Shown: positions 9,653-17,422 of the stretch, piece by piece | Position numbering within the stretch: position 1 is the first letter of the stretch | Layout: the number at the start of each line of letters is the position of its first letter | Sequence record: DRR723986_8204 | Direction: 5' to 3' (one strand) | Length of the DNA: 34,958 nucleotides | The notes under the pieces: generated by a model | The model's input: only the letters and a program-made list of their open reading frames with translations | What the model was told of the DNA's origin: nothing | The model's database searches: none | Made by a program: the position numbers and the translations under genes

Positions 9653-10234
9653 TCATGACGCCATGTGTTTGTATTTAAGTGGGTACTTCTGAATCAATAA
9701 CTTCACTGCGTCGATATCGTTGAGCGGTGGCACCTGGTTACGCGCCCGGTATTCCTGATGAACAATGTCCAGCCACAAATAACAAACTTCCGGTTCTTCC
9801 ATGCCACTGGCCAACATGTGGTGCAACCTTTCAAGCACGATGCCCACTTGTGGCGTAGCATTGCCTGAACCGTTCAACCACCGGTAACCCGAACCTGCAC
9901 TGCGACCCAACAATTGACCAAAAGTGCTTTCGCTGACTTTGGTTTTTCCGAACACCCTTTGAAACATTTTGTAGGTGTCTTCCAGGCTGAGTTCGTTGTT
10001 CAAGGGGACCAGCGACTCATGGGTTTCGTACAACCTCAAAATCAAAGCAACCGTGGGATCGAGCGGTTCATCGCTGGAATTGCCCTCGGGTGGGCGAACA
10101 ATTGAATTGAACTTCGCCTGGGTACTGATTCCAAACAAGGCGCACATTTTTGACACGGTCAAGCCGTATTTCTGCTTGAACAGGTTCAGGTAGGCACCTG
10201 TGCGTGGCTTGTTCTTATCGTTAATTTGAGGCAT
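9653..10234 (-). CDS. Putative DNA-binding protein with two XRE/Cro-like HTH segments
   Basis: LNLFKQKYGLTVSKMCALFGIS and SESTFGQLLGRSAGSGYRWLNG both fit HTH patterns; stop is 7 bp before the next gene. Confidence 0.6.
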   Translation of the reverse strand: MPQINDKNKPRTGAYLNLFKQKYGLTVSKMCALFGISTQAKFNSIVRPPEGNSSDEPLDPTVALILRLYETHESLVPLNNELSLEDTYKMFQRVFGKTKVSESTFGQLLGRSAGSGYRWLNGSGNATPQVGIVLERLHHMLASGMEEPEVCYLWLDIVHQEYRARNQVPPLNDIDAVKLLIQKYPLKYKHMAS

Positions 10235-10387
10235 GGCGCGTGATAAAGCAATCTCGTGGGTTAATGATGATACGGAATCGGAAAGCTGAAATTGTAATTT
10301 GATTTGAAAATCATGATTTAACACAAATGGACAACGCATCATGTCGCTTTGTGGTTGACCAAAAGTTGTTCAAGTAAATGAATTCAA

Positions 10388-10918
10388 TCACTTTTTTGAA
10401 CGCCACTGGGTCGCGTAATCGCGAATGTCGAAATGTACATGGCTTCTGTAAACACCAACCCCCCCGAATGCGGGGTACTGTAGGGTTTTAGCCAATTGAT
10501 CAATATTCACACCAATCGGTTTGATGTCCATGGCGTAAAACTGCCCGTTTTCATCGGGCAAATGGCGTGAATGTCGGGCCGCACCTTCAGTGATGGAATT
10601 GGTGTGATGGGTCCTCAAACCCGAGGTCACTTCAAACACGGTGTAGGCGTGGTGTTCCGCCAGAACGATTTGAGCCCAGGCCGCCAGCTGCAGCATTTCA
10701 ACATTGGGTACGCCCACTCGGTTGGCTCGAACATCGCGAAGCATCCAGGCGGCTGTGCGGTAACCTTCAGGCGTGCTGAAATCAATTTGAAAGCGGTCTG
10801 CGCCGCGTTGAATGTCCAGCAGGGTGTAGCTCGGGGCTTGTGAGGCCCACGCCAGTGTGTCCAGGTGTGCGGTCAGAGAAACCGAACTTGCAGCGGCAAG
10901 AAACTGGCGCCTGTTCAT
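10388..10918 (-). CDS. Tat-exported peptidase M15 (YcbK/MepK/DUF882-like murein endopeptidase)
   Basis: MNRRQFL twin-arginine signal; TSGLRT..TN, ARHSRH...AMD and GGVGVY..HVHFD M15 Zn motifs. Confidence 0.85.
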   Translation of the reverse strand: MNRRQFLAAASSVSLTAHLDTLAWASQAPSYTLLDIQRGADRFQIDFSTPEGYRTAAWMLRDVRANRVGVPNVEMLQLAAWAQIVLAEHHAYTVFEVTSGLRTHHTNSITEGAARHSRHLPDENGQFYAMDIKPIGVNIDQLAKTLQYPAFGGVGVYRSHVHFDIRDYATQWRSKK

Positions 10919-10920
10919 GG

Positions 10921-11925
10921 TCAAGGCACCGCAGGTGGGGTGCAAGCCTGGTTACCGTTTTGGCAGCAGCTGCTGAGAATGGACAATTGCGCGGGCGGGT
11001 TTGCATTCGGGTTGTACACGCAGCGAATAAAAGCGCTGCCGCCACCGCCAGCGCCACCGCCGCTGTCGGCATCCACCGCCACGAAGCGATAGCCCACTGG
11101 GGTGTCATTGAAAATAACGGTGGTGCATGAATTGCCATTGTTGACCCAGCTCAAGGTTCGGTTGCCTCGGCAAAAATCAACATCGGCAATCGGGTTGCGA
11201 ACATCGTACCGAGAGGCCAGTGCGCCCACTCGCACGCCGGGTATACCAGCGGCTGTGTTGGCATCGCTTGTACCATCGCCGTTTATGTCAAGCGCCACGG
11301 TGAAATTGCCGCCCGCGCTGGTGGCAGGTGTGTCGGCCTGCAGTGTGACGAAGCCATTTCCGCCCATGAAGCTCAGCATGTCGCCAGCAATGTCACTGTC
11401 GAATTCCCCTGCTGCGCCGTCTTGCCCGCCAATCGTGACTGGCTGGCTTAGCGTGATGTAGCCTTCAATGCGGCAATTGTCGGCTGCCATCGAGCAGCCC
11501 GCCGGCAATATGGAAAGACGGGTAATGAATTGACCGTTGGAGGCCGCAGGGCGATTCACGAAACTGGCTGGCAGCAAACCAATGTCGATCAGGTTTTCAA
11601 TGGTGGGCGTCAGTTTGCTGCCCTCATTGCCGGTAACGGGGTCTTCGGGAATCGTGACATCGGTGATGCCGTCGTTGTTCAAATCCACTTGTAGATCACC
11701 GGGGGCAGAAATGCCGCGCCGGTACAAGTCGGTGTAAGAATTCAGTGCGTCGCCCACCTGGTTGAGTTGATCAGCCTGGATTTTCGCGACAGAGGATTTT
11801 GCAGAACGTGCTTGTTGCTGAACCACAGCGAAGGCAATGATGGCACTGATGATGAGCACCAGCGCCAACTCGATGCTGAGAAAGCCGGTGTGCCGGGTGT
11901 TGCTGTGTTTCAGTGAGTCAAGCAT
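10921..11925 (-). CDS. pilV: PilV-like minor pilin/tip adhesin of a type IVb pilus
   Basis: Prepilin cleavage site G|FLSIELALVLII; PTIENLIDIGLLPASF motif as in PilV N-terminal domains; Cys-rich C-terminus; located after pilS. Confidence 0.75.
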   Translation of the reverse strand: MLDSLKHSNTRHTGFLSIELALVLIISAIIAFAVVQQQARSAKSSVAKIQADQLNQVGDALNSYTDLYRRGISAPGDLQVDLNNDGITDVTIPEDPVTGNEGSKLTPTIENLIDIGLLPASFVNRPAASNGQFITRLSILPAGCSMAADNCRIEGYITLSQPVTIGGQDGAAGEFDSDIAGDMLSFMGGNGFVTLQADTPATSAGGNFTVALDINGDGTSDANTAAGIPGVRVGALASRYDVRNPIADVDFCRGNRTLSWVNNGNSCTTVIFNDTPVGYRFVAVDADSGGGAGGGGSAFIRCVYNPNANPPAQLSILSSCCQNGNQACTPPAVP

Positions 11926-11949
11926 GAGTAATTCGCCTTGATTCAAATG

Positions 11950-11977
11950 AACAAGGGGGCAAAGTTGCCCCCTTGTT
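11950..11977 (-). terminator. Hairpin between pilS and pilV (terminator/attenuator)
   Basis: AACAAGGGGGCAA-AG-TTGCCCCCTTGTT is a perfect inverted repeat 18 bp after the pilS stop, with only a weak U tail on the minus strand. Confidence 0.75.
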
Positions 11978-11995
11978 GGACTTCATGAGATGGGA

Positions 11996-12550
11996 TTAAC
12001 GACGGCCGAAAGAAATGTCGAGGTTAGCCACTGCGTCAGCGTCACCACCACAAACTGTGCTGGCGTTTGCCAGGCTCATTGGACCGTTGGTGGCTAGATC
12101 CCATGTACCTACTGCACCGTTAGCGATTGCAGCGGCACCTTCACCAACAGACAGAACGATGTCCAGACATTGATCGCCCTCTACTCCGTCCCAGCTAAGC
12201 ACAGCTGTATCCGCGTTTGTTCCGACAATCGTGATTGGTTGGCCGTAACTGTTTGGCTGATCGACTGATTGAAGAACGCCTAGAGAAACGAGCAGCGCTG
12301 GAGACGCTTCTGCTGTCAAGCCAGTGTAGCCATCAGCACCACCATTGATACCAACCTTCTGCTTGGTCTCACTGATCACTTCCGTAATCTGCTTGATGTT
12401 GTCCTGCACTTCAGTACGGCGTGCATTGTTCTGGAATGCAATGAAGGCAGCAGCAGCAACAATCGCTGCGATGATCAGGCCGATTGATACTTCAATCAGG
12501 GTAATACCGCTTTGTTTGCGGCGGGCATTCAGTGTGTGCGATGTAATCAT
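11996..12550 (-). CDS. pilS: Type IVb major pilin (PilS-like)
   Basis: 15-aa basic leader MITSHTLNARRKQSG|ITLIEVSIGLIIAAIVAAAAF with Glu at +5; NSYGQPITI; C-terminal Cys pair; GGAGAGG RBS. Confidence 0.88.
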   Translation of the reverse strand: MITSHTLNARRKQSGITLIEVSIGLIIAAIVAAAAFIAFQNNARRTEVQDNIKQITEVISETKQKVGINGGADGYTGLTAEASPALLVSLGVLQSVDQPNSYGQPITIVGTNADTAVLSWDGVEGDQCLDIVLSVGEGAAAIANGAVGTWDLATNGPMSLANASTVCGGDADAVANLDISFGRR

Positions 12551-12628
12551 TTTTGATTCCTCTCCGAAGGGAAATTGTGTAGTACATGTTGGCCCAAGCA
12601 TTCCGTATATATACCAACAGACGAATTA

Positions 12629-12656
12629 ATTGTAGATCAAATGCATGCTGTGTCAA
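12629..12656 (-). promoter_or_regulatory. Sigma70-type promoter for pilS
   Basis: Minus strand TTGACA-N16-TACAAT in the pilR-pilS intergenic region. Confidence 0.7.
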
Positions 12657-12665
12657 GCACTTATT

Positions 12666-13817
12666 TCAACGCATGCGTTGCATTCTTTTCACAGGGTCCA
12701 GTTCCTCGGTCATGCTTTGGCTGATCGACAACTGACCCACGTACAAAAACACCACTACAGCCGCAGCAACACTCAGTAACACGGCATTCAAACCCTTGGC
12801 CGTGTTGCCAATTTCATTGCGAATGTCTTCACCACCCTCAGTACCCAACTGAATCAAAATTTTGTCGAATTGCGGGTTGTTGCGAATGGTGGTGGCCAGG
12901 CGCGCCAGCAGCTTCGGGCTCATTAGCCCTTTGCTGAATGCGGGAATGTAATCGGTGGGGGCCACGTTCAGGTGGTTCATGATCTTTTTCAAATGCCAGC
13001 GCATCCACGGGTCGGCATTGCGTTTCAGCGTGTCCAGCGCCGAAGACAAAGTGGCTCCGCTTTTCAAGAGCACTGCGAGCGAGGTGACCAGCAAACTGAC
13101 TTGAAAGTCGCGGTAAATGGACAGCGGCAACAGAAAGGGCGCCACCGGAAACAGCAGGAAGCCCCAGCCTTGCGGCACTTGCTCTAATTGGCTTCGCAAA
13201 TTGCCTTTCCAGCGGGGCAGTGCGTAAGTGAATGCCGCGATAGCACCAATAACACTGGCCACAATCAATCCGCCATGAGAGGCAACAATTTCCGAGACGA
13301 TTCGCACCGACATATTGAACGGTGTCCACACTTCAGGCGGTGCCACTTTCACAATAATTGGAATGGATTGCGTGGCCAGCACGTAGCTGAAACCAGCCAC
13401 ACCGGGTATCAACACCATGGGCGGGAAAATGGCTTTCCAAATGACGCTCTTTGCTTCTTTCTGCGATTTGATCGCCGCAGCCAAAGCGCGAAGGGTGCCT
13501 GGTTTGTCTTTGGCCTCATCCACGGCGGCCAGCATCATGCGGTCATTCTGCGGCATCACTGTGCCCAGAATCTGGCTGATCAAAAAGTCGTCGCCCAAAC
13601 TCAGTTTGCGAACCATCAGCTTCAAGGCCGCTTCCCGGCTGCTGTTGCGTGTTCGCTTGTGGCGGGCAATTTTCAGTTCTTCTTCCAGAAAGGTTTTGAA
13701 CTGTTCTTTGTTTTCAATCGATTTGGCCAGCTGTTCGTAAAATGCTTCGCGCTTGCCGCGAAAGTCCATCAGGTTGATGGCATTGAAAAGGTTGGTGAGT
13801 TTCTTTTTGAAGGTCAT
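12666..13817 (-). CDS. pilR: Type IVb pilus inner-membrane platform protein (PilR/GspF family)
   Basis: REAFYEQLA N-terminal motif, LAVLLKSGATLSSAL, TM pattern of the T2SS-F family; follows the ATPase. Confidence 0.85.
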   Translation of the reverse strand: MTFKKKLTNLFNAINLMDFRGKREAFYEQLAKSIENKEQFKTFLEEELKIARHKRTRNSSREAALKLMVRKLSLGDDFLISQILGTVMPQNDRMMLAAVDEAKDKPGTLRALAAAIKSQKEAKSVIWKAIFPPMVLIPGVAGFSYVLATQSIPIIVKVAPPEVWTPFNMSVRIVSEIVASHGGLIVASVIGAIAAFTYALPRWKGNLRSQLEQVPQGWGFLLFPVAPFLLPLSIYRDFQVSLLVTSLAVLLKSGATLSSALDTLKRNADPWMRWHLKKIMNHLNVAPTDYIPAFSKGLMSPKLLARLATTIRNNPQFDKILIQLGTEGGEDIRNEIGNTAKGLNAVLLSVAAAVVVFLYVGQLSISQSMTEELDPVKRMQRMR

Positions 13818-13819
13818 GT

Positions 13820-15550
13820 TCAGGTGTAAGCCGCTGTTTCGGCGCGGTCTGCGTCGTTCATGATTTCGAAACGGTCAAAGCTGTCGAAGCGTTCGCAATG
13901 GCGCGGGTCCACGTCGCCTTGCAGTGCCTTGAACAGTGTGTGTTCAAACACGGTTTTTCCATCCATGTTTTCGGATTTGAAGTTGCCATCCGATTTCGAC
14001 CGGTAGTACATCATGGCTTCATAGTCTTTGCCCTGGCGAATCAGGTTCAGCCACTTCCGGTCGGGGGTCAAAATTTCAGCAACCACACTCAGGCCAGCAG
14101 TACCGCGGTGTTTGCACTTGGGGCAACCGCCTTGTTTCTTGAAGTAGAACAAATCACGTTCAAGGCCATAGCGGTTTTCCAGTGTGTCGAGGATTTCAAG
14201 CACATGCTCCGAGTCGGGCATGCCCTGCTGATACAAGCGGCCACCAATTTTGCAGTGTGGGCACAGCTTGGGCACCAAGGCCTGGTACACCAGCAGTGTC
14301 AAAATATTCGGGTTGGTCAGCACATCGCGACTCATGCCGATTTCTTCGTTGGTCAGGCGCGGCACAATACCGGATATCAAATGCGCGTGCACCGTGCCGC
14401 AAGCCATGTGGCCTGTTTCAACAATTTGCTGTGCCGAGATCGCAGTGGCCGGGTCACGAATTTCACCCATCAACACGCAGCCCGGGTCGGCTCGCATCAG
14501 GCCAGCTACCACTTCGGCGTATTTGGCGGCGGAGCCTTTTCGGTCCAGCAAATCGCGCTGAATCGGAATTTGATGAACGCCTCGCAGTGGATATTCCACC
14601 GGGTCTTCAATGGAGTAAAACGCGTCTGTACCATTGCCAGGGTGCGTTTCAATGAAAGTTTTGAGTGTGGTGGTTTTACCGGAGCCGGTTACCCCCGCAA
14701 AAATAATGGTGCCGGAGGGCGTGTTGGATGCACTCTTTAACTGCTTCATGTGCGAAGGGGCATAACCCAGCTGCTCATAGCTGAGGGTAGGGGCATCAAT
14801 GTCCACATACAACAAGCGGCACACCACTTTGATCCCGGCCCAGCCACGCATCGACTGATAACGCATGGCCACGCGTTTGCCACCCACCTCGCGGGCGGCG
14901 ATCATGCAGTACAGGTTTTCACCCACCGAGAATTGGCTGTTGCTGTTGGAGCCCTTGCCCGACGCGTTGTTGTACGCCCAGGCCACGGCACGCTCTGCTT
15001 GCAGCGGGGTGTATACGCCGCCTTGCTGATCGCGCAGAAATTCAAGTTCACCATCCACGCGCAGTTTCACTTCGGCAATGTTGTTGACCACTTGCACGTG
15101 AATGTCGGTTGCGCGCTCCTGCACAGCCAAAGCCACCCAGGATTCAAAAATCTCCTTGGCTTTGGACTGCGCCACTGCAGGGTCTTCTTCGCCCTCTGTG
15201 CTGTCGATTTTGGTTCGGGAATTCTCGATCAGGTGCTCGATGACGCCACCACCACAACCAATTTCGGGTCGCTCAAACGTGAATTTTTCGGCAATCAGTT
15301 TGCCGCGCAGGTGGGAGATGAAAGGACGAATCTGCGCGAGTTTTTCCGCATCGTACAGAATGATGGCGCGCTTCACGCCTGTTTCAATGGCACACACATG
15401 TTTTTCAACAGCGGCTGGCAGCTTGAGCAAAGCCCCTGCACTGCCATCGGTCAACACGCGTGAAAACGCGGGCAGTTCACTGAGCTTTTCAACCTTCAGT
15501 GACTTCTCCGCCTGCGTGGCCAACACATTCAGTGCCGGGTCTCTTTTCAT
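13820..15550 (-). CDS. pilQ: Type IVb pilus assembly ATPase (PilQ/GspE family)
   Basis: ATDIH, Walker A GVTGSGKTT, Asp box IEDPVE, MRADP..LMGEIRD, TGH..GTVHA, and CxxC...CxxC Zn site. Confidence 0.93.
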   Translation of the reverse strand: MKRDPALNVLATQAEKSLKVEKLSELPAFSRVLTDGSAGALLKLPAAVEKHVCAIETGVKRAIILYDAEKLAQIRPFISHLRGKLIAEKFTFERPEIGCGGGVIEHLIENSRTKIDSTEGEEDPAVAQSKAKEIFESWVALAVQERATDIHVQVVNNIAEVKLRVDGELEFLRDQQGGVYTPLQAERAVAWAYNNASGKGSNSNSQFSVGENLYCMIAAREVGGKRVAMRYQSMRGWAGIKVVCRLLYVDIDAPTLSYEQLGYAPSHMKQLKSASNTPSGTIIFAGVTGSGKTTTLKTFIETHPGNGTDAFYSIEDPVEYPLRGVHQIPIQRDLLDRKGSAAKYAEVVAGLMRADPGCVLMGEIRDPATAISAQQIVETGHMACGTVHAHLISGIVPRLTNEEIGMSRDVLTNPNILTLLVYQALVPKLCPHCKIGGRLYQQGMPDSEHVLEILDTLENRYGLERDLFYFKKQGGCPKCKHRGTAGLSVVAEILTPDRKWLNLIRQGKDYEAMMYYRSKSDGNFKSENMDGKTVFEHTLFKALQGDVDPRHCERFDSFDRFEIMNDADRAETAAYT

Positions 15551-15552
15551 GA

Positions 15553-16128
15553 TCAAAACCTCACTTGCGCACCCACGGAGACATGCTGCGTGTTGCCGTT
15601 GCTTGCGACCAATTCAAGTCCGTTGTGGGTGATTCTCTTGATGTTGAATTTGCCAAGTTGCTCACCTTCACGAAGTGTGCGAACGTTCCGACCTGCTGTT
15701 TGAATTTCAGCGGTCATTGCACCGGTTGTGCCATACACGCCCAGCAAGGTGTTGGCAGACATGGCTGGTGCGGCTTTGCTGTTGGTTCGAGAGGGCGTCA
15801 CTGTGGCAACTGGTTTGGTTTCAGGCGCCGGTGCAGGTGACACCGCCTGGGGTTTGCTCACCGTGCTGGTGCTCACACTGCCGCCAATTTTCAGTGCAGC
15901 TTGCAATTCTTCCCGCATGGCTTGCTCTTCTTGCAGCCTTTGTATTTCTGCCAGCGTTTTGATGTTCAACGGCACCGAAACCCCGTTGAGCTTGATGTTT
16001 TCAACAGGTGTGACTGCTGTTTTGTTCTCAGCCTTCGCGTCCACTTTGGGTGGTGCGTTGTCCTGCGCATGCAGGTTGTTCAAAGCCAAGGCCGCAAGCA
16101 GGCCGCCCAGAAAATGGTTAATACGCAT
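15553..16128 (-). CDS. pilP: Type IVb pilus biogenesis protein PilP-like
   Basis: Signal peptide, coiled coil, Pro/Thr/Ser linker and C-terminal LLGVYG...AEI beta domain; sits between pilO and pilQ. Confidence 0.7.
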   Translation of the reverse strand: MRINHFLGGLLAALALNNLHAQDNAPPKVDAKAENKTAVTPVENIKLNGVSVPLNIKTLAEIQRLQEEQAMREELQAALKIGGSVSTSTVSKPQAVSPAPAPETKPVATVTPSRTNSKAAPAMSANTLLGVYGTTGAMTAEIQTAGRNVRTLREGEQLGKFNIKRITHNGLELVASNGNTQHVSVGAQVRF

Positions 16129-17407
16129 ACAGTGCTCCCTTCAATGTCACCATCACGGCGGCATCCAGGTTTTTGGGTTCAATCTTCATGGAAATCTGGT
16201 TCCAGTAAATTCCGGAAGGGTATCGGTCCAGAAAGTCTTTGATCAGGGTCAGACTGCCCGTGACTTCAGTGGCATGCCGGTTCACCGAGACGTTGGGTGG
16301 AATGCTCTTGAAGCCTGTGGGCCAGGTTTGGCCTTGTGTGTCGACCTTGAACTGAATGCCCGCTTTTTGCCAGGCTTGTTGTTCCAGATAAAGCAGTTCG
16401 CTGGCTTCCTGTTTCTTGGGCAAATCCTGCAGTTGTTGAATGCCCCGGGTGGCCATGTCGTAGGAGAAGGAGAACTTCAGTTTGTTGACATCTTTGGGGT
16501 CCGGGCTGCTTTGCTGGTTGCTTAAAAAGCTGACCAGCTCTTGGGTGTAGCCACCCTGCGATTGCCACTGGCTGGTGCACTTGCCCAAGTTGCATTGAAT
16601 GCCTTCCAGCAACCAGCCGCGCGCCATGAATGGCTGCTCGCTCAACAGGTTCAGCATGTCGATTACATCGGCATTGGCCAGGCCCACATTGCGCTGGTCG
16701 GTCGCCAGCTTTTTCAAATACTGCGGGGTTTGTATGCTCGACTGCGCCTGCTTCATGCGCGCTTCACGTGCGCTGGCTTCAAGGTATTCGTTACCGCCGT
16801 ACACGCCACCTGCCAGCAATAGCACCACGGCAAGCATGGCAGAGGCCTTGATCAAATCGGTGGGTAAACCCACCAGCGCATGTTTGTTGTTAAAGCTGCC
16901 CAAGCGGGCTGCAATGTCCAGGGGCAGGGCGCTGGGGAAGAGTTCAGGCGCATTGGTGTACACATGGTATTCCGAACTTTCGATCGATCCATTCGTGTAG
17001 GTGTTCACGGTGCTGACCACCTCGGCGTCACTGCCGATCATGTCCATGGTGGGGGCACCCTGTTCAATCACCACCAGGGCCATTTGGCCTTTCTTGTTTC
17101 CTTCCTCTATGCGAATGGCATAAATGACATGTTCCTGCTCATTCTGTGTGGCCAGCATGGCAGCCAGGCTGTACACCTGCCCCGTGCGTTCCTCATCCGA
17201 GATATCCGGGTCAAAGTTGTAAAGCCCCAGATATTCGTTTTGCTGGCCCTTGAGCAAAATGTGCTTGGTGGCATCAATTCGGTCAGCATACTCGCGAATG
17301 TCGGCAATGCGTTTGCTGTAGCCTGAGCGCGCCAGTGGTTGCCAGTTCAAGCCGGCAATGTAGGCTTTCTTCCCCAGCTGATGAACGACTGCAGACTGCT
17401 CTGCCAT
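16118..17407 (-). CDS. pilO: Pilin accessory protein PilO (PilO2 family)
   Basis: AGLNWQPL and YSLAA motifs, central TM, GWLLEGIQC..C; sits after the secretin. Confidence 0.8.
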   Translation of the reverse strand: MAEQSAVVHQLGKKAYIAGLNWQPLARSGYSKRIADIREYADRIDATKHILLKGQQNEYLGLYNFDPDISDEERTGQVYSLAAMLATQNEQEHVIYAIRIEEGNKKGQMALVVIEQGAPTMDMIGSDAEVVSTVNTYTNGSIESSEYHVYTNAPELFPSALPLDIAARLGSFNNKHALVGLPTDLIKASAMLAVVLLLAGGVYGGNEYLEASAREARMKQAQSSIQTPQYLKKLATDQRNVGLANADVIDMLNLLSEQPFMARGWLLEGIQCNLGKCTSQWQSQGGYTQELVSFLSNQQSSPDPKDVNKLKFSFSYDMATRGIQQLQDLPKKQEASELLYLEQQAWQKAGIQFKVDTQGQTWPTGFKSIPPNVSVNRHATEVTGSLTLIKDFLDRYPSGIYWNQISMKIEPKNLDAAVMVTLKGALYAY

Positions 17408-17422
17408 GGCGAGCCCCGTGCC

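Noticed and set aside
10388-11925. Possible shufflon downstream of pilV
   Set aside because: No repeated sfx-like sites, alternative C-terminal cassettes or Rci recombinase seen; pilV is followed directly by the M15 peptidase.
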